Shown one piece after another: positions 42,392 through 54,380 of a stretch of 64,000 nucleotides of DNA; the first letter of the stretch is position 1, and each line of letters opens with the position of its first letter. Under the pieces are notes generated by a model, which saw only the letters and a list, made by a program, of their open reading frames with translations, was not told the DNA's origin and searched no databases. A program made the translations under genes and the position numbers. The stretch comes from Microbotryum violaceum (Eukaryota). The stretch is from NCBI GenBank assembly GCA_001244265.2, contig CDLV01000004.1, positions 930,001-994,000 of the forward strand. Direction: 5' to 3'.

Positions 42392-44955
42392 ATGGCAGCT
42401 CAAGAAGGTACGTTTGGGCACCCTGTGCAATCATCTCTCAACGCGGCGCAGTGGCTCTAGTGGCAGACGAGACGCTCGCTCGTGGGCGACCGACGCTGAT
42501 GCACACACGCCCGCTTCCCACAGGCTACGACGACCTCTACGACGACCTCTACGGTGACAACGAGCAACCAGATTCCAAGCCCGTCGTCCTTGTCGGTTCA
42601 ACCACCGCAACCACCTCGCCTGGCCCCGCCCCCAACACCGCCCCTACCGGTGGTGTAACTGCATCTACACCCTCCGCGTCGGCGGATATGAAACCTACTT
42701 TATCGGCTTCTTCAGGAGGCCCGATCCAAGCGCTTCAACAACATGGCCAAGCGATCGGCATCGGCATGGCTATGCAAGCACAGAACCGAGCACCGGCGGG
42801 CGTGTCCAACCCCATGATGGGACAGCCTCAGCAGGCGCAGCACAACAACCACCGACCTGATCCGACTGAAGAAGGGTAAGTGATCACTCTATTGCTACTT
42901 GATGTTAACACAACTTACCGAGACGGGCGAAGGACAACGACGAGCGGTCCTTGACGCGTTCGTCAGACGCCCCCATACGGATCCTACCCTTGCACCGTCT
43001 TGTCCTCTGTCGCTCCCGAGATATCCTATACGAGCTGCGAGCGGCCCTAGGCCTTGTTGGCGTATCGTCTACCTCTCGATCTACGCTGCCCTACCCTACC
43101 CTACCCTATCCATCGTCGTCTTAGGGAGCTGTCTGCCTTACCAGCACTTGTTCCGCTACTACGTCTACTCTACTCTATAGCCGGAACTCGCTAGGTCCTC
43201 GCTTCCCTTGTCTTCGATACATAAACAATATCTATCGGGTAGGGCCCTCTGTCTTTCTTTGTTGTTGCTGATCAATTTTCACGCGTTCTTCTTCCCTCTT
43301 TTGTCCCACGCAAACGCATTGAATCACTCTGCTGTATTCATCTGATCTCCGGCGGTATGTATTCGTCGTCTTTGTCCCATGTCTCTTCTTCGAGCAATAC
43401 AGCAAGATGTTCATTGGTGGTTTGAACTGGGATACCAACGAGGGTGAGCCCCTTGCACCCACCCACAACCTCAACTCATCCATGACCCCCTCAACTCACC
43501 CCGACCCGACGATGTGCTCAGAATCCCTCCGCACGTATTTTTCCCAATTCGGCCCCATCATCCAATCCAACATCATGCGTGATCAAGAGACCGGTCGTTC
43601 GCGTGGGTTCGCCTTTTTGACGTACGAGACCACGGCCGCGGTGGACAAAGTCTTGGCGCACGGGGAACATTATTTGGACGGAAAGACGGTGCGCGCTCGC
43701 TCCCCTTTCCACGCTCGATCCGGGTCAACTCGCACTGAACGCCTCGCTCTTCTTCTTTTCTTAAACGTATCGTAGATCGATCCCAAACGCGCCGTCCCGC
43801 GTTCGTCGAACCCCAAATCCGACAAACTCTTCATCCGTCTGCTCCCGCAAACCTGCACCCCCGAGTCCTTCCGTACGTACTGGCAACCCTTCGGCGTCGT
43901 CACCGACGCGACCTTGATGATGGATAAAGAAACCGGTCGTCATCGTGGGTTCGGTTTCGTGAACTTTGAATCGGGCGAAAGTACGGAGAAGGTCTTGAAC
44001 AGTCAACCGCATTACATGGATGGCAATTTGGTCAGTTAGTTCTGCTTCGGGCGAGAATTCAAGGAAGGATCTTGATCTTGGTGCGCTGTTCTTTTCTTAG
44101 TTGGAGGTCAAACGAGCTCAAACCAAAGGCGAACAACGACGACCCGACTATGGCATCGACACGCGCCACATGAACGCAGCGCACCACAACCCCGCCGCCC
44201 ACGCAGGAGGGATGAACCTCATGGGAGGTGGTGTCGGTGGCGGCGGAATGGGCGGCCTCGCAGGAGCCGGTGGTGGCTTTGGAGCTAACCCTGCTCTAGG
44301 CGGTGTCACCGGGGCCGTCGGTGGTATGTCCAATATGAACGCCCCTTTCGACCCTAACGCCATGTCCAAATTCTTCGCTCAAATGGGTTGGGGCGCCTGG
44401 AATCCTATGATGATGCCGGGAATGGGCGCAGGATTTGATCCCACGATGGGGATGGGAGGAATGGGTGGCATGGGAGGGATGATGGGCGTGCCTGCGATGG
44501 GCGGGATGCCTGCGATGGGGGGAATGGGTATGGGCATGGGGGGTATGGGGGGTGGGGTAGCGCCCGTTGGACAGGGTGGGGAGGGGAGCTTCGCGGCGCC
44601 TATGCGGGGCGGGGGTGCGATGGGGGGTGGTCATAGGAGTGGGATGAGAGGCGGGGCAAGGGGAGCGTTCTCGGTCTGTTTTCAGAGCCATTTACACCTT
44701 CCTCTAAGAACAACGACTGACTCGGGAGGGTTTACTATCTTTAGGGGGGTCGTGGAGGACATCAAGCAGGTGGCGTTGCAGGTGGACCAGCGGGTGCAGC
44801 GGGCGCTGCAACTGATGGCACCGGTCCTCAAAGGAATGCCGGTCGTGGGGCTGGATTTCACGTGAGCCAAACATCAATTTGTCATGCATGGAGTAACGTA
44901 GTGGTCAGGACACTGATGAACTTGCGATCTTCTCAAACAGCCTTACTCTCGCTGA
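42392..44955 (+). CDS. HRP1: Two-RRM hnRNP A/B - Hrp1/Musashi-like RNA-binding protein, multi-exon
   Basis: KMFIGGLNWDT, RDQETGRSRGFAFL, IDPKRAVPR, GRHRGFGFVNF, EVKRAQ; Gly/Met-rich tail; C-terminal GFHPYSR PY-NLS-like end. Confidence 0.82.
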
Positions 44956-45362
44956 GCGGATCAGGGTTTGTCATAAAAGTCACCGACCCGCCCTTGACTC
45001 TTATCAGCTTCACCTAGGATCTCCTTTTCCTATGTAGTATACATTCATACAACAAAGCCCTGGACTTCTTGTTTTCCAATGAAATGAGCCATCTCCTCGA
45101 ACCCGACCCGTGTTATGACTGAGCAATATCGATGCCCTTCGCTCGATGACCAATTCCCGAAGAAAAGGACACTTTTTTTTGCAACTACCCATCTCTAGTG
45201 TAGAAACAGAAGCCCAATTACAGAGGGAAACAAACGAGAAAGGACAGAAGAAGAGAACGGACGCAAGCAGAGTGAGAGTGGTGGTGTCAAAGCCACCACG
45301 ACTCTCCCAAGCTGAACGAGGCAAAGAATACAGAACAGACGAGCCCATCAAAAGGACCGAAT

Positions 45363-48300
45363 TCAGACCGCCAAAGCGGCATTCTCAGGCACGCTCAGCA
45401 TCGTCACGTCCTCCTTTAAAGGGTGGTGCTCGGCAATTTGACTCCCGCCCGTTCCAGCTTCCGAACCTTGCCTCGAGCACAGCTCCGGGTGACCGATCTT
45501 GCGCAGCTTCCCATCATAATCACTGTGAGAACGGATGTGAACGTTAGGAAAATGTTTCATCATAGAGAGTCCAATTCATAATGACTGACCCTTCTCTGTA
45601 ACCCTCGACGATTCGTTGAAGCAACTCGGAGGTCGAGACACCGTTTGTTCGGCGAGTGGGGAGGAATTGGCCTGTATGCTCGAAATCCACGTAAAAGAGT
45701 GACGAATCAGAAAGCAAAGCAAAAATGAAGTTAAGCGCCTCGTCTTTAAAGATCGATCGGTATCCCGCACGCACCCTTGGACTTGGCCAAAGCGTACACG
45801 TCATCAAAGTGGGCCGAGACGTAGGGCTCCTCGTCGTGAGCGACAAAGTCGATCTCGTGCTTCTTCATGAACGCCTCTTCGATGACCCACGGCGCGTCCT
45901 CAACGACCTCGTCAACCCACTTGCAATGTCGTACCGACTCGTAACGCTCTTGCGACGAAAGGACCGGTGAAGCCTTGTACTTGCGCACCATCTCGTCCGA
46001 GCAGACACCGACGAGCAAATGGACCGAAGGAAAAGCGAGCTTGCACTGCCGCAGTTGGAGCATGTGCCCGTCTATTCATTGAACGCGAGCATGAGCTACT
46101 CGAATCGAGTGTGGCGAAGACTGTGATTTTGACTCACAATGCAGAAGGTCGTATACACCATCGGCGTAGATGCGCACTGGCCTGTCTTGAGGGGGTGGAT
46201 TGATCGAGTAGGCGCGACCGTCCTGCCCGTCGATCGCAGCTTGGATATGTTGCTGTTGCGTTTGAAAGCCAAATCAATCACCTAGAGCTATAATCAGTAT
46301 TGAGACGTTCGTCGGACCAACCTGGATGTCTTGAGCGCTCATGTTACTCAGGAATCCTTGTGGGGCCGCGGCCCACGTCGGTGGCTCGTTCGACCCCGAA
46401 TGCCCAGGGTGACGCGAGGGTTGCACAGGTCGGGGTGAGCCATTCGGTGGTGAAGGAGGAGCTGAGTCGGTCGAGGTCGACGCATGCGAGGTGTGCTGCT
46501 GCAATTTCGAGACGATCGGGGCGCGGTAGAAGTGGTGCTGTCCCGAGCTTCGCACGGGGTTAGCAGTCGGTGCGGACGAAATATCACCAACGTCTGCGCG
46601 ACAAGAAGGCAATTCAAACCGATGACAGTTGGGTTGGTCAACAACGTACAGCACACATCGTCCAGCCGTCAACGAATGGGAAAGGAGACGGCCTTCAAAG
46701 CGTTGGGGACAATCACACCGGACCGCAGAAGCAACGGCTCAAACCCGAGTCGTCCCGTGGAACTTACGTCCTGCCGATCCTTCACTGTCGATGTGATTCT
46801 CAACCATGGTCTTTGAGGTGTTGTTGAGCTGGGGCGATGCGGTGTGGGTGCCGTTGGTCCTTCGCGTGACCCGCGCGCCGGGAACCCCTGGCGCCTCAAA
46901 CGACTCGCGCGTCGAAAGTGGTGTGTGCCGAGGCCGGCAGCGACGACGCGGCCTTGGTAATAGCTCCGAACGCGGATAGACTCGCATTGTCGTCCTCTTC
47001 GAGGCCGGACTGACCCGTCTCGTCGTTCGACTCAGCCGATGCTTCCCTTTGTATGTGCATAGGATCGCGAGGGCCAGCCACAGATCGTCAGCACGCCGAC
47101 TCGGTGATTCCCCCAAGCCGTGACGCTTGACGTGTCATCGTGTACACTACATTGCAGGGGCGCTCTCAACTCCAGCATACGGAGCTTGGGGGATGGGAAC
47201 TCGGGCGCGCTCGGACCTCTTTAGATTCTGACTTAGATTACCCGAGGCAGCGACTAGCGCGGCTCTCCCTCTTTTCCCTTAACGTTCCCTATCCTCTTCT
47301 ACTCGGCATCTTCGTTTGCTCACTGCGCTGCTCCTCATAGGTTATGAGCCCCAACCGACCTACCAGCTCAGAGCACGCAAGCTTCGACGAGCTTCCACCG
47401 CCTTCCACCGCGAGCGTTCACCCACCCGGCCAACCCCCGCTGGCCCGCGCCGTCATGTTGTCGTCTTCTGCTGCACCCACTGCAGAGGAAATCAAGGCTC
47501 TTATCCAACAAGCTCTCGACGTTCATGGTCGTGACACCCGCTCTTCCTCGTCCTCACCCCCTGACACCACCACCGAGACCGCCTCCGTCCCGCGTGTCCC
47601 CGCTGCCACGTCGATCACGTTCGAGGCGGTCAACCGACTGAAGGACGAAGCAACCTACTCGCGGTGGCATCGGCCACTAAAAGCGTTAGTGCCCACACCC
47701 ATCTTCTCGTATCTACAGACGGGAAACTTCCCCGCTGAATGGTCCATCGCAACTCAGGACCAGTGGAAGGACTACGTACGAAGCGTCCTCTTCAACTCGC
47801 TGCACCCATCCATTCAAGACGTCTACCAAGAAGACGACACCCCCTCTCAAGTCTACATCACTCTGAAGGAGCGCTACTCGCCTCGGGACGCCCAGGCGTA
47901 CGCCAAACTCATCCAGCGATTCTGGTCGATGCCCCAGATTCCGCTTTCCTCCAAGGACGATTTTGACAAGCACCTCCACCACGATCTCGATCTCGCCAGA
48001 GATTCGTCAAGGGAACCTCGACATTGAACAAGTGCTTGTCGCCGCTCGCCTCTTCAGTACCGACTTCAACGACGGTCTCGATCCTTGGCGCGAGACATTC
48101 CTTCAACTGCACCAGGGAAAGAACAGGCTTCCTTCCCTCGAGGAGACCATGAAATTGATGCGTGTTGCAGCGCACAACATTATCGACAAACGCCCTTCCG
48201 CGTATGTCTCGAACTCGGACAAGTCGGGGACCCCACCCGGCCCGTGCCCCGCTTGCAAGACTGGCCCCCTGCACTGGCTCCGTGAGTGCACCGATGAGGA

Positions 48301-51300
48301 TGCGAAGAAGCGATTCTTCTCCAGGCCCCGGCCCAATCGCTCCAAGCAAAACGCGAACGCCAAGCCGCCCGCTCAAGCTCGCCTCGCTGTTGCCTCGGAC
48401 GACCCCGGCGAGATCTCGGAGACGGCCCCCAGCGTCTCCTTCGCGGCTACTTCTTTCCTCTCGGTCACGTCGGACTCGCCTAGCCTCCTCCTCGACTCTG
48501 CCGCCAGTCACCACATGGTCAACGACTCAACTGCCTTCGTCGAGCTGCACAACACTCCTCGTGTGCAGATTGGCGGCGTAGGGGGGGGGGGGGGCTTTCT
48601 TCGCACGGCACGGGTGTCATCGAGCTCGTCGCTTCAACAGGCAATCGCATTCGCCTGTCCAACGTCTTCTTCGTTCCGGACTGTCCCGCGAATCTCATCT
48701 CCGTATTTGCGCTCATCAACGACGGCATCACGGCTTCATTCACCGAAGACGGACGAGTCTCGCTGGACAGGGGGGGTAAGCGCGTCTGCACGGGTTCGGC
48801 CAAATCCGACCGACTCTTCCACTTGGATGCCCATCTATGTACGCACACCGCTCTCATCGCCGCTCGTACCCCCAAGGTCTCACTGCTGACCCTTCACCGC
48901 CGCCTTGGTCACTGCTCTCTTCCCACCCTCAGGAAGCTGGCCAAAAGCGATCAGGTGAAGGGTATTGAGTGGACTTCTAGCGACGATGATTGGAATAATT
49001 TCAAATGTGATGCATGCATGGCTTCCAAGGCGCACAAGCTACCTTTCCCTATGTCCGAGTCTCACGCTGCACTTCCCCTCGGGCTGGTTCACTCGGACCT
49101 ACTCATGTTTCCTGAGCCCTCCGTGAGCGGCCGACGCTACCTGATCACCTTCATCGACGACTTCTCGCGCAAAGCTTGGGCCTTCCCACTCCTCCGCAAA
49201 AGCGACGCACTGGCTGCCTTTCAGTGCTGGAAGGCCGAAATCGAGAACGCCTCCGGGGCCAAGTTCAAAACACTGCGTTCCAACAACGGTGGCGAGTACA
49301 CTGCTTTCAACAGGTTTTGCGCCGAGCAAGGGATTCGTCGCGACAAGTCGGTGCCGTACACGCCCGAACAGAACGGGCGCGCCGAGCGACTTAATCGATC
49401 GATCGTAGAGGGCGTCTTGGCTCTGCTCCACGACTCCGGTCTCCCGGCCCACCTGTGGGAAGAAGCGACGCAGTACTATCTCGACTGCAAGAACCTCACG
49501 CCACACGCAGGGATCGACGGCGGTGTACCAGATGCGATCTGGCACGGCATTCCCCAAGACCTCTCACGACTGTGCACGTTCGGCTGCCGCGCCTGGGCCA
49601 CCGTCCCACAGCATGAACGCACCAAACTAGAACCAAAGGGGATCCCACTGATCTTTGTGGGTTATGACCAACATGCCAAAGCGTATCGATTATACGATCC
49701 TGACACCCAGCGTCTTCGCATCAGTCGCAACGTCACGTTCGTGGAGACCGAGTTCCCTGCCGCCGCGCGACAAGTCTGCGAGCCCGAACCGCCCTCACTC
49801 GCCCCTACGACCGTGCTGCACCCCGTCCTGGCGCCAGCTTCGGTACTAGCCGTTCCTGTCACACCTCCAACTTCTACGCCGCCCACAACGCCTCACCCGA
49901 AGCCCCACTCGACATGCTCCCTTCTCGCGACGCCGACCCGGCCCATTGGCACCAAGCGATGCGATCTCCACACGCCGCGGAGTGGCAAACCGAAGCCATC
50001 GACGAGTTTACGTCGCTGCTGAACCAGTACAAGGTCTACGTCATTCTCGACCAAGCCGCCCTGCCCGACGGTGCCAAGCTGCTACGCTCCCACTTCGTCT
50101 TTCGCACCAAGCGTGATCAGTTCGGCAACGTCAAATCGCGGAAGGTTCGTCTCGTCGCTGACGGCAGCACAACGCCCGGGCCTCGATTTTCAGGAGCGTT
50201 ATTCCCCCGTTGTTCGCTTTACATCGATCCGAGCCCTCGTCGCGATCGCCGTCTTGCGCGGCTACAAGATCAAACAAGCTGACGTCAACAAGGCCTATCT
50301 GCACGGCAAGCTCGACCAGCCTCTACATGCAACCACCGCAAGGCATCGACTTGCCGGGTAAGATTCTCAAGCTCGAACGATCCATCTACGGGCTCAAGCA
50401 GGCTGGACGCATCTGGAACGACGAGATCGACTCGACCCTCCGTTCTGTCGGCTACAAGCCCACGGTCTCGGATCTCTGCGTCTACACGAAGCGACACGGC
50501 AACGATTGGCACTACATCGCGCTCTATGTCGACGACTTGCTCCTCATTGGCCCCTCAGACGACGAGATCGAACGAGTTCTGTCCACACTCGAGGACATGT
50601 ACGGAATCAAGCGACTTGGCGACGCGGAATACGTCCTTGGCATTGAACTCAAACGTAGCAATGACGGCTCCATTACCCTCTCTCAGGAGCGCTACCTACA
50701 GGACGTGCTCGAACGTTTTGACCTCGCTCTTGCCAAGCCGGCCAGCACACCGATGCAGAAGAATCTCCTCCTCGAGCTCGATCAATCCACACCTTCTGAC
50801 CAGGAGCGAACTCGCTATCTTCAGGCAATCGGCTCCCTGATGTACGCCGCGCTCGGCACTCTTCCCGATCTTGCCTACGCTGTCAGCTATCTCGCACGAT
50901 TTGCCAAGGAGCCCGGACCGACGCACTGGACTGCGATCAAACACGTTCTGCGCTACATTCAAGGAACAGTCTTGTACAGTCTTCGTTACACGCCTACTTC
51001 CGGTCCGCTGTACGGCTACTCCGACTCAAATTGGGGTGCATGCGTTCGGACATCCAAGTCGACGATGGGCTATGCATATTTTCTGGCTGGTGCAACGATC
51101 TCCTGGTGCTCGAAACGGTCGTCCCGCGTCGCTGATTCTACCACCGACGCTGAGTACATTGCCCTCTCCCAGTCTTCCAAAGAGGCTATTCACCTCCAGC
51201 AGCTCTTGGAGGAACTCGGCATTCCGAACTCGGGACCCACCTTGATCTACGGCGACAATCAAGGCGCGAATTCATTGACACGCAACCCGACATCGTTTTC

Positions 51301-52009
51301 AGGCACTCGTCACGTTCGCATCCGGGAGCACTTTGTGCGGGAGATGGTCAAAAAGGGTGAGATCAAGGTTGAATACATTGCCACAGCCGACATGGTCTCC
51401 GACATCCTCACCAAGGCCCTTGACCCCAAGCTCTTTGTACGGCACCGCGAAAGTCTAGGCCTCCGAATGCCTGGAGCCTGACAGCGAGGGGGGGTGTCAT
51501 CGTGTACACTACATTGCAGGGGCGCTCTCAACTCCAGCATACGGAGATTGGGGGATGGGAACTCGGGCGCGCGGACCTCTTTAGATTCTGACTTAGATTA
51601 CCCGAGGCAGCGACTAGCGCGGCTCTCCCTCTTTTCCCTTAACGTTCCCTATCCTCTTCTACTCGGCATCTTCGTTTGCTCACTGCGCTGCTCCTCATAG
51701 GTTAGTGTAATACATTTCGAACGTTCCCTATCCTCTTCTACTCGGCATCTTCGTTTGCTCACTGCGCTGCTCCTCATATGACGCGTGGCAGTCGTCGCCA
51801 CCGCGCCGCTGCCGGCGTGAAATGACGACGAGCCGCCGCGGAAACGTGCAAGCGAGCAACCGGCCCGACCCACCGGCTCCTCCCCGACCGTTGCCCGTCG
51901 TCGTAGCACTCACACTTGACTCTCCCTCGCCCAAAGGGTGGGAAGCGCGAGAACGTCTTCGCTTGGAGGCACCCGTGCTCGTCGTCGTCGTGTTGGCTGC
52001 CGAACTCAT
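45363..52009 (-). CDS. PCT1: Choline-phosphate cytidylyltransferase; first intron occupied by Copia-3; possibly non-functional
   Basis: [66 protein letters not shown]. Putative exon 1 (MSSAAN...GESS) lies at 52009-51914, beyond the Copia. Confidence 0.82.
47133..51778 (+). mobile_element. Ty1/Copia LTR retrotransposon (Copia-3), frameshifted
   Basis: 5' LTR 47133-47339 (207 bp), 3' LTR 51495-51778 (284 bp); TG...TA termini; [32 protein letters not shown] protease, integrase, YVDD RT, YSDSNW RNase H. Confidence 0.96.
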
Positions 52010-52319
52010 CGTGCTTTCAAGTATGGCTCAAGCGTTGTGGAACGAAGCCGTTCGCCGTGGCAGCCGCGCTTTCGTCAGCTCTTTTGCGCTCTCCTGCGCT
52101 CGGGCTCCCTCCCAACTGGAAAGTCGATTGACGCGATCGGGGTACTTCCCCTCGCACCAAAGCTCGCCGGCTACCTCCGCGCAGGTCCGCATCCTCTAAG
52201 GTGCACAGCGCGGCAAGACTTCTGAGTAAATTCCAACTGAAAGCTATCACATAATAGCCAGTGCGAGTGCACACTCAGAACAAACCTGGTCGCTGCGATT
52301 CAACTCAAGCAGATTTGGT

Positions 52320-53879
52320 CAGAGTGGGCGTTTTGGATCGGCAAACAATTCTCGCGGCCTTACCGACATCAGCTGGATCGGAATTATGGTAGATGGGTTC
52401 TATCAGCACCAAAGCGAATCCTCTGGAACCATATGAATGCTCACTGACCCGTGCGCCAAATGACCAAACTTGTTGGCATAGCAGTGGCGACACCACGGCT
52501 GCGGTGGGTGACAAGTGGTAAAGATTCTTCCCAGGTCAGAAGGGGGATCTCACATCCCTAAACAGGCCGGACAAAATAACATGACTAACCTCTCCATCCT
52601 TTTCATTGAGCTGACCCGAAGCCAACGCAGTCGATCAACCTGCGCACCGCAGGCACCGTCTGAAGACCAAAATTACCACCATGGTCAGTACGCGAGTCCC
52701 AATCGGCCTGATTGCAGAGGTCTTACTTATGCCACCTATGATAACCATCGATCGCAGTAAGCGCGTATCGATCCAAAAGCCAACATTCCATCATAGACTC
52801 ACTTTGAAGCTGCAAGGACGTGCTCTGCAGCGTACACGGTTGTTTGGCACCTCGGACATAGGTCGCTACTGATTCGACCAGGAGGGGTCGAAACGGAGGC
52901 TCGACCGGCCAAAAATGGTTTCGGAGGTACAGTCGGCCGTGGCATGTTGGGCAACGAAGCGCTTGGCCTGTATGAGTCCGTTTCAGCCATCCTACTGGGC
53001 CCTGTGCACGGCATGTCGGGAGCGGGAGCGGCGTGGGATGCAGAGAATGGAGAATTTGGTGTTGACGCCGATAGTGATGCAGCCGCGACGTCTTGCGAGT
53101 GACCAGATGGATTTTTCGATACCGCACGAGGATCATGGTAGTCTGCGACCAAAGCTCCACCTAAGGACGGAATGTAAGAGCTCAGCGACGTTGACTCTTA
53201 GACTATGGCCCGAGGTGAGCCACGTCGCCTTGACGGGACTGACCGACGCCGTATCCTCGAGTCCCGAAGGCCTTGCCATAGCATGCCTTACAATACGGCT
53301 AAAAATAGGGGTGAAATGTTCAACACTCAGCGCCTCTTGAAGTGGTCCGTTTCGGCGGGAATTGCGCTTCTCGGCACGGCCCGGGGCATTCACTCACGTC
53401 AATGGCATGGTCCAGCAAGGCCCCCGGCTCGAGTGTCTTGCCACACGAGGAGCACTTGAGACATGGTTTATGATAGATCTGGTCAAGAGGATAAGACGAC
53501 GAGAGTCAGCCTCAACGGCCAGTGCGGACAGAACCGTCGATGGACACGAGTTGACGCGTGCCAAATGCCGATTCAACGCGGCTTGTCGGATTGCAGCGAT
53601 TTGATGGAACAAGGGACAGCGTGAATCATATTTCCAGCGGGCCCTAGAGTTTGCCTGTTGTACAAAATATTCCGATTGGCGTGTTACTGATCAGCGATCC
53701 ACAACTTCCACTGCAGGCGCGCTCGAACGAGTCAGGCGTTGACTGACTCCGCAAAGTAGACCGATTTGCCACAATATGTGCATCTGCAGTACCCCAACGA
53801 ATACGGTCAGTAAGTACCATCAACCATAGCTCGGCCTGCTTGCGATTGACTTGGGTGCGGCAGCGAATGTTGGGGGCAT
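52320..53879 (-). pseudogene. Two-LIM-domain (CRP-like) protein gene with a nonsense codon and damaged splice donors; 3' end approximate
   Basis: Spliced MPPTFAAAPKCTYCGKSVYFAEQTLGP..IYHKPCLKCSSCGKTL and DLCPRCQTTVYAAE...WHKRCLRCAG*S...PWCRHCY. TGA at 52635-52637 replaces a zinc-ligand Cys. Confidence 0.78.
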
Positions 53880-54380
53880 GCCGAACGGATGCGAGCGGAT
53901 GGGAGGTCAATGTAGGCGCTTTTGGTCTTGGTATGCTGGGGGCATGCGCGCACGGACCTCCCGGTTCGAGACTTGAGAAAGTGCGGGGGGCCGGCGACAA
54001 ATCGTGCGAGTGCCGAGCGTCACCGCGCGTCACCGACGACGAGATTGGCCTCCCCTTCGCCACCATCATGTTGCTCCTGGTTTATTGAGCAATACCCGTC
54101 TAATGTGCTGACGTGTCATCATAGACAACTTGCGCGTGAAAGGCGCGGCTCGGTCAAGATAATGTGATGCTAGGGTCGCGTCTCGCCATAAATTCAAGAG
54201 TGCCAAAAAACCTCGTCGGCGATCAAAATCGAATCGCGCCCCAGAGTGACGTAACCGCGTGAGCTCTCGGAAGCGAATATTCGCGACTCTCCCAATTCCA
54301 CACCTCGCCATCGTTCTCCGTCTCGCTCTCTTTCTCACACCCCACCACATCTTCCCGATTTTCACCCATCAAAAACAAAC

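Noticed and set aside
42877-43402. Long HRP1-like intron as a snoRNA host or poison-exon site
   Set aside because: No convincing C/D or H/ACA boxes or exon could be identified by eye.
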